DNA of 64,000 nucleotides from an uncultured Clostridia bacterium (GCA_947591785.1 CANQDK010000002.1:2510-66509), one strand, 5' to 3'. Positions 8,301 to 17,218 are shown, counted from the first letter of the stretch. Program-made: numbers and translations. Notes: a model not told the origin generated them from the sequence alone.

Positions 8301-10896
8301 TTGGGACAATTATGGACAACATTATAGAAAAATTCACATTTATCGTGAAGCAGTTATTGACCCAGACAGAGAAATAACTTCAAAAGACGACACTTATGAC
8401 ATTTACTACTATCTAAACGAGGCAGAAGGAAGATTCTATTACATCACACAAGACAATTTGCAATACACCTACAACCGAGAGAAATTTTCACTAGTTTATG
8501 CAGAGATTATAAATGGCACTGAAAATGAAGATAGTCAAAATGTGAATATGAGCGTTCCAGAAACCAATAGAGATGGAACATCAACGGTAACATTCTCAGC
8601 AAACAAGGTTTCGGATTATGACATCACAGTTGTAATAAAACTATACGAATTTGATGGCGTTGAAACTGGAGCTTGGGTTGAAAACATTTATTTCAAACTA
8701 TACAACAAACTCCCAGTGAGAAACATTAGCGAAACAGCAACAAATAAGAAAAATGAATTTAAACTTACAGATGCAAACAATAAAAACATTACTCTTGATG
8801 TTTTAAACGACCAAGGTTCAAATGATATGGGCTACTATTCTGAAGTTCGTGTTCAATACAACCTTGATGAAACAGAAAATTCAATTATTCCACCTGTCAG
8901 ATTTTCAATCAGCACGGATAGAGAAAATTGGAAACCAATCGCTTCGGGAACAAGAATCAGAAGCACAACAAACGAAATGCAAAAATATTTCTTAAAGATA
9001 TGGTATGATGAGCAATGGCTCAAACAATGGCCTGAGAATAAAAAAGCAAACTCCGAATATGTGTTTGGAATCGTTCCTGAAAGCCAAATCCTAGAATTTA
9101 ACCTAACCTCCCTTGCAGTGACATATTGGGTAGAGAAAACAGTTGATGGTGTGACAACCATAGTTGACCGAGCAAAACAACCATTCAGAGCAGACGATGG
9201 TTCTCTATATTCAAATCACTATATTGTCAACCTTCACTATGACGATCGTAAATCAGTTCAAGTGCATGTAAACAATGAACAATCCTTAATTGCGTATGAA
9301 ACTGAAGATAGATGGGATAGCCCAGATGGACTTGTAACAAGCAAAAAATGGATAATAAGAACAAGTGACCCAGATGTTAAACCAAAGTTTGAAACAGAAA
9401 TAATTATCACATACATTCCATATGTAAGCAATTTTGTTAATGAATTCTTTGCATACGGAATAAGAAAAAGTGCCAACTTTGCTGACCCCGAACTAAAAAT
9501 GACAAAAGACACTCTTGTAGTTTCACAAGAAAACCTTGATAAAGTTCAGTTGCAGTGGTCTAAGTATTTTGGAATCCCTGAAAATGAAATAACCTTGCTT
9601 GTTGAAAAAGACGGAGTTGAATTCACCCCAACGATTTACTCCAAGAAAGAAGATGGAAAAGATTATTTCTACACAAACTTAAATTATTCTGGAAAATATT
9701 CTCTATCTCTTAAAGATTCCGCTGGAAATATGCAACGCTTTGGCGATGGACAAACAGAAAAGTTCACATATATATTCCTTAAAGATGTTCCTTTCACAGT
9801 GACATACACAAATCCACTCACAGGAGAACAGGAAACATCGTTGCCAATCAAACAAGCGGTTTATAACGGAAGTGTTACAATAAACATCGATCAATCGACT
9901 TTAACTGATTTTTACACCTTGCAAGGCCGCCCAGTTCTTTACTATGCAGATGAAGAAAATCCTCAAAACTCACACTATCTTGTAAAGAGAAATGGTGTGG
10001 AATATGAAAGAGAAGATTTCCGCTCATCAAATGCGAAATATGAGTTTAACTTACCTGGATTTTATGAGATAACATTCCTTGCAACAAGCAATACTGGTGA
10101 TGGACAAATAAGACAAGAAACATATCAATTTTCAATAATCAATCCGAACGAAAACAAAGTTTCTTATGTAGTAAACAGATATGGAAATTATTATGTTGAA
10201 CAAGTTCTTAGAGTAATAAGAGATGAAGGTTCGGATAAGGAATTTGAAGACATAACAAGCACCTTAGTAAAAACAATTGACGTAGAAACAATAACAAAAA
10301 CAATTCGAGAGTATGTTGTTGATTCAAATGGACATGGAAGTTATGTTTCAACACGAAAAACCTATCTCACATCATTGCCGATTTCATTCTTAGATGAAAA
10401 AACTGGAGCAGGAACTTATTATATCACAGTAAACACAGGTGACAATCAGTTTGCACAAGATTCTCAACATCAACGCTACACCTTCAAACTGAGCATAAAA
10501 GTTGGTTCTGCGTCAATAAGCATTTCTGCAAATGAAGGGAAAGAAACAACTGACACAATCACGGTAAGATATAATCAAGAAAAACTTTACGATGAAATGG
10601 GCGAATGTTCACTGAGAATTTTGAGAAAATTGGACAATGGCTCTTACAGCTACTTTGGCGAAGAAATTCAAATTAATGCAGAAAGCACTGGGGAATTGAG
10701 TTTGTCAATAACATCTGCAGGAACATATTATATACAAATTCTTTCTCCAAGCAACACACTCCTCTTCACATATAAAGTAATCAAGAAAGATCCAATGAAT
10801 GCTGCATCAATAGTTGCCATAGTGATTTCTGCTCTTGTGTTAATTGCAATCATCGTGCTTATTGTAAAACTTAGAAAGAGAATTTCTGTTAAATAA
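2368..10896 (+). CDS. Giant (about 2840 aa) secreted surface protein with Ig-like repeats and a C-terminal TM anchor
   Basis: ATG at 2368 after GAGAGAGG, signal peptide, recurring GxYx5-6DxAGN motifs (SGLYLVDVYDQAGN, GHYYEVVETDLAGN, SGKYSLSLKDSAGN), and a C-terminal hydrophobic helix plus KLRKRISVK. Confidence 0.85.
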   Translation: MRRTNFLFKNVFAIFLSLCFLTLGITALLYKQDSVSYAENAQSETLTNNKLHETFSKQEKIYSDGNWVDNPASFIDDDVFVFVRNTEDPTKPNQLELSLKTNGAMKGYEDNVYNFVYYPDVTNPDSNLFYFYDVSNVSLTINGVDQQENFSREHKEFRTFSSSRFPNYLDGRQPNTFKMVLGNSNTESYEYKITDENGRLNKEGVYHLNIQLILYTCHNGRTDAQEEESDFDPSIPVEIDYTFFVVDETNYFSQNKPIITNGAFDSQLNISGLQEPAYYFYSNYSSKKSDSIQEENSIPYIQYDSRRFEIEIKKEVPGETVIHNMSLKFNTDIDDCKEKPVLLEQEKLVEWIMYSNNFVRLYFTDIGKYTIKFKAIHVIGSNETSLKKYEIEGLTKKSREILVFMFGYQATYVDYDSPADENNTRPTKDLKTLNLFNEDGRPLENGTFSESADITSKFLNSNNDYKQANDPTSFTLSNILEFLNKQVAVESQFVYENIPISTNQVPIRMITNARLVNNATNHSYVLSTRELAGSKLAKDDDDNTLRLQGEDLYIKDFDTITESGTGKYIYIIPYTFENFYENYTSPPALSKIFYQIFFFEIENTLPKIDIKTVSGKRVNDGDFVNEDVVILDTTKDELYNKDVTVQIYAYDYVNNTYLDEFFGERGKSLEVRSAETGNEEHKLILKKNENAKYTIRLYTTSSMPSDTRISSNTGFFRQRTFTIDSMEITGLEARTVEETSSNYVVLDTLPTDRIFTNQSIILSWDNKLSNATTTAYYRYFPFVDEQYYNTTNLSGLLDSLLEDNESFHYLPINKVLNMSTTNNDWVPYKGNTKYELQNEIGTEFVLSDSGLYLVDVYDQAGNHKLNVFIVDDTKPIFAIKDEENGYYLPSANTPIDRDSTLYWGTHKLIYIANFTTSFFANSIEDPSSVTTEMLEADTYNFYKNYNKQTSREIYELLYQKLFRSNYFKNVTVSSSIVKDEGSTFINSYSGLYVAVPINNVVYFIDNDNQNHTRLVDSYKKSFVAEKRYNFKIWIRDYSNTTGYSASENILYTQFYSATQAISISFDTSEFKIIYKNNDTPVALDSVITESGVDEDDPAKTWMTTYIGPIGVKKILYISFKPVTKFSEEDKRTEVESVNMKYWAYIPTSENKTIQTGSSSTERAFHYYTLSSTPEEQSFAFNATEDVFEAPIRSSANYTAPGKYEITRTYKIGSNYTFNDKDSYKFTYVFYVDHFGIVTSAESYNDGPLESLVGGDIFVASYDNKITTDLVVTFPNSEEGNTDGTSTYNNDVNNLRPVITTNKLPVNVYVPQFKFTKYVLKDSNDAGYSFKVENNSDVNNFKSDADNKIVVQEFALYAEIYRGGLLQQNLIAKTNESNAIITNEKGNPIENPAVANNGFLKFYSTTGAQDFGPITSPGSYYVKIYQNRFGTHFNDNTETGFSYDQSFVFQFDITSSTPDFDVQAKNGESLNAREENGIMTYYTNQSEVTLTWNASPNKYMAEIDKDAISFTVDNVITTTSETDGGKRFWSDEPTLQNNSTWAGILGFTEQKLNIYKNGGEVLITMQYQNHDTAKDANGRDLYNKITKRIKIDLSAPSDNVENLVDNSLNRNMIPTMTRNALRDYKTANGQHATSLDVTSYNTSNKTDSVFAYYSYTVPATYLEKLKTSQDYITYIRDFNNTKYDNNYEQEVDATAPLINGYNKIDAFDKLEEGHYYEVVETDLAGNRAIYTIYISSRADENIKLFSYTVPADSTEGEPTQTLTEKFYTIKDFNLVSSRAGAINNIYAHTGFKLEDINFFGDVWAQMLINTFDENGRPITRIVLSTPKGYREYVGSKDTLISVSSLVPSNFDSHKKMCFSIYDRQTARMIDFYLNISDIPLTAQLTDQQEREFIRFAKVTDAEIQSTTSPSLYLTHLRISRKTSSGNEILFEQENQLGYMDIWHSDEQQNILVDSNGLTLNFELNPNKEFSPNTWITYDFWDNYGQHYRKIHIYREAVIDPDREITSKDDTYDIYYYLNEAEGRFYYITQDNLQYTYNREKFSLVYAEIINGTENEDSQNVNMSVPETNRDGTSTVTFSANKVSDYDITVVIKLYEFDGVETGAWVENIYFKLYNKLPVRNISETATNKKNEFKLTDANNKNITLDVLNDQGSNDMGYYSEVRVQYNLDETENSIIPPVRFSISTDRENWKPIASGTRIRSTTNEMQKYFLKIWYDEQWLKQWPENKKANSEYVFGIVPESQILEFNLTSLAVTYWVEKTVDGVTTIVDRAKQPFRADDGSLYSNHYIVNLHYDDRKSVQVHVNNEQSLIAYETEDRWDSPDGLVTSKKWIIRTSDPDVKPKFETEIIITYIPYVSNFVNEFFAYGIRKSANFADPELKMTKDTLVVSQENLDKVQLQWSKYFGIPENEITLLVEKDGVEFTPTIYSKKEDGKDYFYTNLNYSGKYSLSLKDSAGNMQRFGDGQTEKFTYIFLKDVPFTVTYTNPLTGEQETSLPIKQAVYNGSVTINIDQSTLTDFYTLQGRPVLYYADEENPQNSHYLVKRNGVEYEREDFRSSNAKYEFNLPGFYEITFLATSNTGDGQIRQETYQFSIINPNENKVSYVVNRYGNYYVEQVLRVIRDEGSDKEFEDITSTLVKTIDVETITKTIREYVVDSNGHGSYVSTRKTYLTSLPISFLDEKTGAGTYYITVNTGDNQFAQDSQHQRYTFKLSIKVGSASISISANEGKETTDTITVRYNQEKLYDEMGECSLRILRKLDNGSYSYFGEEIQINAESTGELSLSITSAGTYYIQILSPSNTLLFTYKVIKKDPMNAASIVAIVISALVLIAIIVLIVKLRKRISVK

Positions 10897-11106
10897 CAAC
10901 AAAATGAAAATTCACTTAAAACGAAATTAAAACTTTACTTACAATTCACATAAAATCATTTTGATTAACTTGGATTAATTTGAAAATTTTATCTTTAAAT
11001 TTTAACTACTTTTCAAATTTAAATTGCTTATAAAATATAGAATCTTTAAGTAAACAAGTTTTAAACATAAATCTCTTTAAAGGTGAGAGCGACATTAAAA
11101 CTCTTG

Positions 11107-11126
11107 ACAATACAATACAATACAAT
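11107..11126. repeat. (ACAAT)4 pentanucleotide repeat
   Basis: acaatacaatacaatacaat seen directly. Confidence 0.8.
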
Positions 11127-11131
11127 AAAAT

Positions 11132-11159
11132 AAAAAAAGACCAACTTTGGTCTTTTTTT
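11132..11159. terminator. Bidirectional intrinsic terminator between the two convergent giant genes
   Basis: AAAAAAAGACCA-actt-TGGTCTTTTTTT. Confidence 0.8.
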
Positions 11160-11224
11160 ATTATATTGTACTTAAACTAAGATTTCGATTTAGAGATAAT
11201 AATCAAATCAAATAAGTTGGTTTA

Positions 11225-14200
11225 TTATTTCTTCAATTCTTTGTCAAGTTTAACTTTTGAAACAATGAAGTAGATGATTACGCCTGCAAGGACAACAACT
11301 GAAACAACAATCAAAATTGTTCCAACAGTCTGGTAAACCATTTGAGCATCTTGAGTTTTTTCTTCAACAGTAAACTTCTTCTCATAGGTTGTCTTGTTTC
11401 CAGCAGTATCTGTCACAGTGAAAGTCAAAGTGTAGTTACCTGTTTGTTTGAGTTCAAAAGTCAAAATCTTTGAATCAAGATTATCTTCTTCTTCAATCTT
11501 ATCATCACCAAGATAAAGAGTAACTTCTGGAACTGCATCAATCTTAACACCACTGTCATAAACTTCAATGTCGTTCAAATTGATTTCTAAACGTTTCTTT
11601 CCACTAACTTCTTCAAGTTTGTAAGTTTCTTTAACGATGTTTTCTTTAAGGAACTTGAATTCTGGTGGAATAGCATCGCCGACAACAACTTTATAATCTT
11701 TGCTTGTTCTATGGCCGCTCTTGTCATAAACAGTATAGTTAATTGTGTAAGTAGCGTCTTTATCAGTTGTAAATTCATAAACCTTCTTGTCGAAAGAACC
11801 TTTATATTCCATTGGATTAACAGTTTTGCCATCTGCAAGTTTTCCAGAAACAGTTACCAATGAACGTGTCCAATCAATATCTTCATCAGGACATTCAATT
11901 CCATAGATGTCAAGTTTCATATCATATTTTTCTGGATTTTTCAAGTCATCAATAGAGATATTTTCAACATATTCATATTCTCTCAAAGTTGGAGCAATTG
12001 TGTCTTGAGCAGTAACATAATAAACATCACTTGTTCTTTGGAAGAACTGAATATCTCTAAACATTTGTTGAAGATCCTCTTCGGTTAATTCGTAGGTTGA
12101 TAAGCTTCCAGTTACAATAGGCTCATTTGTGCTGTCCTTAGCACTGAATTTATCACCTTCTCTAACAACGAAAATTTCTACAGCAGGTTTTGCAGAATCT
12201 GTAAACACAACTTTAAATGTGTTTTCATCAATTGTGTAGATTTTATGTTTTGTAAGTTTTTCGTTTGTAAAGTAACCACCATCCTCTGTATAGGTTACAT
12301 TTTTAAAGTCGTAAACAGTGACGTTTACAGTGTATTGAATTTCATATTGTTTTTCTTCTTTTGGTGTAAAAGAGCCAACAATTCCTTGATTTGTATAATA
12401 ATCGTAAGCCCTACCATTGCTGTCAACACCAAGAATCACATAATCTGTGCTGTTATATCTTGATTTTTCATCTGAACTTGCAGTTTCTTTCTTATAAAGT
12501 TCACTGTTAGCCTTGAAGATGTCGTATGTGACGCTGTTTTTAATTGAATATGTCACTGTTGGATCTGGAATAAAAACGGTGTCTTTATAAAGTTCTACAG
12601 ATTGTGGAATAGAAATGCTTCCTTTCTCAATTTGAATTGAAGAACCTAAAACTCTTGGTTTAACATAATAATTTGCGAAATAAACAATTGTGTTTTTCTT
12701 GCTATCAATGATAGAAATTCTTGCTTGATAATTTCCAGATGCTGATGCATTAAATTTTCCAGCATACAATTTGAGTTCACCAGATTTGGATTGTTCCCAA
12801 ACACGACGACTTAAAATTTTTGTGTCAATAACATTATCAAATTCTGTTTCAGTTCCGTCTTTTTCAATGTGGAACAACTTAACTTCATAATCAACAAATC
12901 CAATCGCATCGTCTTGAACTGTTATTGTTGGAAGTTCAATATCTTCGTCTTGAAGATATTCAACATCTTCCATACCTGTTGCTGAGATGAATTTTGGAGC
13001 AGCATTATCTTCTGAGTTGAGAATTGAGATTGTTTCAGCATAAATTCCAACATTTCCACAATCATCATAAACATAAGAGAAGATTTGAAGTGAAAGAGCA
13101 TCTTTGCATTCGCTTAAATCAATACTATAAGAAGAAGCGGTTGAATCTGTTAAATCAATATAACCATCTTCAGTTTCAACTTCGGCTGCTACTTCATGGT
13201 AAGCCTTATAAATGTCTGTCAAGAACATTCCTTTTGACATTTTTTCATTTATATCTGTCCAAAGTGAAGAAAGGTTGATTCCTTTAAGATTTGTCCCATC
13301 TTCGTCTGTGTTTTTACCCTTAACTTTGATAGGTTTATTTGAACCGTCCAAGAAACGATAAAGTGTTACAACTTGCATTTCTGCATCACGATTGTCAGTT
13401 GCAGTTGGAACATTGAAAGTCACAACTGAATTTGGAAGATAAGTTTTTTGAAGTGTTGTGGAGAATCTGATTTCTGGTGCTTGTTCTTCTGTTTCAAGAA
13501 GCACAATGCTTATGTCATAAGGAACATCTGTTGTGTTTCCTGCAGCATCAGTTGCGATGTAATGGATATAATAATTATCTCTTCCTGTTCCATCGTCTGC
13601 TTCGTCAGCACCAAATGTTTTGTCTGTGTCAATATAAGCAAAACCTTTTGCTAAAACTTCAGGAGCTTTTGATTTAAGCCAAGCAATTGCTGCATTTTTC
13701 TTTGCTTCAGCAACAGCTTCATCATGTCCATCTCCTGCTTCAATACCATCTCCGGCATTCTTCACACTGTCAATGTCATCAAAAATTTGATTTCCTTCAG
13801 CATTGAAGATTTCATAGATTTTTTCTGCGTTTGCATTATCAACAACAATCAAATAATTGTGTTTTTGAAGCCATTGTAACATATCTTTGTCTGTTTTGAT
13901 TTTATCGTCAACAGTTGTGCCGCTAAGAGATTTATCTTCAGCAACAGCTTTTCTGACAAGGAAATTGTTTGTCAAGAAATTTTGATAAGCTTTATAAGCA
14001 GATGAATCGCGATAATTGAAAACAAGGTTGTATTTGTTGTATTCGTTGATTTCAAGAATTGTTTCTGCACCACGCATAATTTTTCTTGTCAATCTAACCT
14101 TACTATTTTCGTTTTCAGCAGGAACACCTTGAATTGCTTCGCTTGTCTTTGTGACATTATCATTCATTCCAATAGCATAAACAATAACACCATTTGATGT

Positions 14201-15700
14201 TGCATAAGTTTTTAATTTTTCGTGTTCGTCTTTATGCTCTTTATCTTCATAATCTTCAACATCAGCATATTGTGATGCATCATAAAGAACAACTGTTGGG
14301 TCTTTTTCATCTTTCACATCATCAAATTTGTAAACGCCTTCAGGTGTTTCATATTCATGTCCATAGAAGTCAGTGATTTTGTAGATAAATGTGTAGTATC
14401 CATCTTTGAGTGGAGTGAATTTTGTTGGGTCTGCAAGATAATAGTTCCCTTCGCCATCTTCTTCAAGAATATCAACTTCATTTCCGTCTTCATCGGTTAC
14501 AGGTGGATAATCTTCTGGTGTGATTTGAGTATAACTTGAATCTCCATATTTTTCTTTAAAACGAACTTGAACTTTGTAAGAAACTGCAATTTCTTCTCCT
14601 GCAGGTGTTGCATCTTTTGGTGTTACACCAATAGCAGTTGGAAGAGTGCTTTCTTCACCACGTTTTCCATTATCAACCCAAGATTTTGACAATTCAAGTT
14701 TGATATCGTCAAAGTTTTTGTAGTATGGGTTGTTTTCATCATTATAAACCTTAAATGATTTTGTTGTTGATGTCACAAAATATGGTTCACCTAATGATTC
14801 TCCAGTTTTAGCACGAGTATAATAAGAATATTTTATTGTGTAAGTGCCTGCACCAAATTTTACTGCTGCTTCGGCATCATCTTCAAATTTTGAACCATCA
14901 ATATAAAGACGAGTGCCTTCTGTTTCTTTTGAAATTTCAAAAGAAGAATTGTTTACACCACCTGTTGCTGTGACAACAACAAAGTCTGCCTCATTTGCTG
15001 CTTTTGCTTCATCCAATGATTTATAAAGTTTCACAGCGATTTCTTTGCCATTTTCTCCTGTAACTTTTGGAGTTGGAAGATATACATTTTTTGGCTTTTC
15101 AACGTCTTCAACTTTTTCTTTTGCTCCCTTAACAGAAAGGTCAACAACATCTGGGAAGATGACATTTGGGTCTGTTAAATCAAATGAAGCCGAAGAAAGA
15201 ACACTCTTAACTTTAAGCTGATGACTGTTTGTCAAAATTGTTTTTGTTTCATCATCTTGAGCGTAATATGAATAAGAATATGTCACGGTGTAAGTTCCAA
15301 TTCTATCAGCAGTAAATTTTTCACCGCCATTTGAATTGACTTCTTTTAAAACACCTTTATCATCAACTTCATCATTGAAAGAAACTTTAACACTTGATGC
15401 AGTGATAACATATCCATCTTCATTTTTATCAGAGTCTGTTTCATTTATAGATGAATCTCCAACTTTTAAGCTTGTGTTTCCGCCAATATAAGCATCAGGA
15501 ATTGTGTATTCTCCACCTCTATTGACAACAGTTTCAACTTCTTTCTTGCCATCACCAATTGTCAAGAAATTATAATCTGTGTCTGTGTCGCTTACTGCAA
15601 GAGCAACAAGTTCCTTAACAGGAAAACAAAGTGCGGTTAGCATAAAAGCAACAACCATCACGATTCCTTTAAAAAGCATTGAATGTTTTTTCACTTTCAT
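11225..15700 (-). CDS. 1491-aa acidic surface protein with Ig-like repeats and a C-terminal TM anchor
   Basis: Signal peptide, repeated DxxxP domain starts (EDNAAPKF, QDTIAPTL, GDAIPPEF) and YxxxYxxxDxxGN/H ends (YIATDAAGN, YTVYDKSGH, FTVTDTAGN), a TM helix plus KVKLDKELKK, and an AGGAG RBS. Confidence 0.85.
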   Translation of the reverse strand: MKVKKHSMLFKGIVMVVAFMLTALCFPVKELVALAVSDTDTDYNFLTIGDGKKEVETVVNRGGEYTIPDAYIGGNTSLKVGDSSINETDSDKNEDGYVITASSVKVSFNDEVDDKGVLKEVNSNGGEKFTADRIGTYTVTYSYSYYAQDDETKTILTNSHQLKVKSVLSSASFDLTDPNVIFPDVVDLSVKGAKEKVEDVEKPKNVYLPTPKVTGENGKEIAVKLYKSLDEAKAANEADFVVVTATGGVNNSSFEISKETEGTRLYIDGSKFEDDAEAAVKFGAGTYTIKYSYYTRAKTGESLGEPYFVTSTTKSFKVYNDENNPYYKNFDDIKLELSKSWVDNGKRGEESTLPTAIGVTPKDATPAGEEIAVSYKVQVRFKEKYGDSSYTQITPEDYPPVTDEDGNEVDILEEDGEGNYYLADPTKFTPLKDGYYTFIYKITDFYGHEYETPEGVYKFDDVKDEKDPTVVLYDASQYADVEDYEDKEHKDEHEKLKTYATSNGVIVYAIGMNDNVTKTSEAIQGVPAENENSKVRLTRKIMRGAETILEINEYNKYNLVFNYRDSSAYKAYQNFLTNNFLVRKAVAEDKSLSGTTVDDKIKTDKDMLQWLQKHNYLIVVDNANAEKIYEIFNAEGNQIFDDIDSVKNAGDGIEAGDGHDEAVAEAKKNAAIAWLKSKAPEVLAKGFAYIDTDKTFGADEADDGTGRDNYYIHYIATDAAGNTTDVPYDISIVLLETEEQAPEIRFSTTLQKTYLPNSVVTFNVPTATDNRDAEMQVVTLYRFLDGSNKPIKVKGKNTDEDGTNLKGINLSSLWTDINEKMSKGMFLTDIYKAYHEVAAEVETEDGYIDLTDSTASSYSIDLSECKDALSLQIFSYVYDDCGNVGIYAETISILNSEDNAAPKFISATGMEDVEYLQDEDIELPTITVQDDAIGFVDYEVKLFHIEKDGTETEFDNVIDTKILSRRVWEQSKSGELKLYAGKFNASASGNYQARISIIDSKKNTIVYFANYYVKPRVLGSSIQIEKGSISIPQSVELYKDTVFIPDPTVTYSIKNSVTYDIFKANSELYKKETASSDEKSRYNSTDYVILGVDSNGRAYDYYTNQGIVGSFTPKEEKQYEIQYTVNVTVYDFKNVTYTEDGGYFTNEKLTKHKIYTIDENTFKVVFTDSAKPAVEIFVVREGDKFSAKDSTNEPIVTGSLSTYELTEEDLQQMFRDIQFFQRTSDVYYVTAQDTIAPTLREYEYVENISIDDLKNPEKYDMKLDIYGIECPDEDIDWTRSLVTVSGKLADGKTVNPMEYKGSFDKKVYEFTTDKDATYTINYTVYDKSGHRTSKDYKVVVGDAIPPEFKFLKENIVKETYKLEEVSGKKRLEINLNDIEVYDSGVKIDAVPEVTLYLGDDKIEEEDNLDSKILTFELKQTGNYTLTFTVTDTAGNKTTYEKKFTVEEKTQDAQMVYQTVGTILIVVSVVVLAGVIIYFIVSKVKLDKELKK

Positions 15701-15946
15701 AAGTCTTCTCCTAAATTGTTTGTATTATAACATATATATTTTAACGCAAACTCACCTGGCAAGTCAAACAAAAATCTCACAAGTCTGCGAAATTTACAAA
15801 TATTTTGCGAAAGCTCCAAAAATCTATGTAAGAATAAAAGCACTTTTATTGTCGAAAAGTTGTCTAAAACAAATTCTTTTGCTGTTTTTATCTGTATTTT
15901 TGGCACTTTAACAAACAAATTTACAACAAATCTAATTAAATAAAGT

Positions 15947-16043
15947 AAGGCAGACTTTTATGTCAAAAATCCATATCTGCTTTAAGAGTAAACCATCTGC
16001 GTTCACCAAAAAGCTTTTGGATTTTTTGACACCAGTCCGCCCC
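15947..16043 (-). other. Long imperfect stem-loop immediately 3' of rplA (candidate structured RNA)
   Basis: Nested pairings on the minus strand: GGCGGACU/AGUCUGCC, UGUCAAAAAAUCCA/UGGAUUUUUGACA, GCUUU/AAAGC and GGUGAAC/GUUUACU. Confidence 0.55.
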
Positions 16044-16048
16044 TAAAC

Positions 16049-16732
16049 TTAAATGTTGTATGTCACCTTAACACCTGGGCCCATTGTTGATGCAAGAGTC
16101 ACACTCTTAATATATTGCCCTTTTGATGCGGAAGGTTTTGCTCTTACAATTGCGTCCATAACTGTCTGGAAGTTTTCAAGAAGTTTTTGTTGTCCAAAAC
16201 TCTTCTTTCCAATAATAACATGAACGTTGTTTGTCTTATCCAAACGATATTCAACCTTTCCTGCTTTAACATCACGGATTGCTTTTGCAACATCTGTTGT
16301 CACAGTTCCACTTTTTGGGTTTGGCATTAAGCCTTTTGGGCCAAGAATCTTTGCAATTCTTCCAACAACACCCATCATATCTGGAGTTGTGATGCAGACA
16401 TCAAAATCAAGCCAACCACCGTTTATCTTTGCAACAATTTCTTCTGCACCAACAAAATCTGCACCATTTTTGGTTGCTTCATCTGCTTTATCACCACGAG
16501 CAATAACAAGCACTCTAACATTTCTTCCTGTTCCGTTTGGAAGAACAACAACACCACGAACTTGTTGGTCTGCTTGACGTCCATCAACACCCAAGCGAAC
16601 ATGAAGTTCGATTGTTTCATCAAATTTTGCTGTTGAAGATTTCAAAACATTGTCAATTGCTGTTGTGACATCATAAGAAGCAAGTTTATCGAAACCTTCA
16701 AGAGATTTTACATATCTTTTACCTTTTCTCAT
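16049..16732 (-). CDS. rplA: 50S ribosomal protein L1
   Basis: [31 protein letters not shown] and STMGPGV motifs. Confidence 0.98.
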   Translation of the reverse strand: MRKGKRYVKSLEGFDKLASYDVTTAIDNVLKSSTAKFDETIELHVRLGVDGRQADQQVRGVVVLPNGTGRNVRVLVIARGDKADEATKNGADFVGAEEIVAKINGGWLDFDVCITTPDMMGVVGRIAKILGPKGLMPNPKSGTVTTDVAKAIRDVKAGKVEYRLDKTNNVHVIIGKKSFGQQKLLENFQTVMDAIVRAKPSASKGQYIKSVTLASTMGPGVKVTYNI

Positions 16733-16743
16733 TGTCTTTCTCC

Positions 16744-17169
16744 TTAGTCAATCACTTCAACGCCCATAGATCTTGCAGCTCCAGCAATCATTGACATAGC
16801 ACTTTCAATGCTTTCTGCATTAAGATCAGGCATTTTTGTTTCAGCAATCTTTCTGATTTGCTCTTTTGTGATTTTTCCGACTTTTTGTTTGTTTGGTTTT
16901 GCAGAACCTTTATCAAGCCCAATAGCTTTTTTAATAAGCACTGCTGCTGGTGGAGTTTTTAACTCAAATGTGAATGATCTATCTTCAAAGATAGTAATCA
17001 CAACAGGGATAACAAATCCTGCTTGAGATGCGGTTTTATCGTTAAACTCCTTAACAAACGCTCCAATGTTGATTCCATGTGGTCCAAGAGAAGAACCGAC
17101 TGGTGGTCCTGGAGTGGCTTTTCCCGCTTCGAGTTGTAATTTTACAACTGCTTTAACTTTCTTTGCCAT
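16744..17169 (-). CDS. rplK: 50S ribosomal protein L11
   Basis: [21 protein letters not shown] and [12 protein letters not shown]; directly upstream of rplA. Confidence 0.98.
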   Translation of the reverse strand: MAKKVKAVVKLQLEAGKATPGPPVGSSLGPHGINIGAFVKEFNDKTASQAGFVIPVVITIFEDRSFTFELKTPPAAVLIKKAIGLDKGSAKPNKQKVGKITKEQIRKIAETKMPDLNAESIESAMSMIAGAARSMGVEVID

Positions 17170-17183
17170 TTTCTACCTCCTAA

Positions 17184-17218
17184 TGTGGTGAACGGATTTT
17201 GGCATTAATCCTCCCACA
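17184..17218 (-). promoter_or_regulatory. Putative L1-binding autoregulatory leader of rplK-rplA
   Basis: Minus strand GUGGGAG-GAUU...AAUCC-GUUCACCAC hairpin with an internal loop, directly before the rplK SD (AGGAGG), as expected for L1 operators. Confidence 0.7.

Noticed and set aside
15947-16043. Calling the post-rplA hairpin an L10 leader, SRP RNA or 6S RNA
   Set aside because: No rplJ follows, the SRP domain-IV motif is absent, and it is about half the length of 6S. It is kept only as an unnamed structure.
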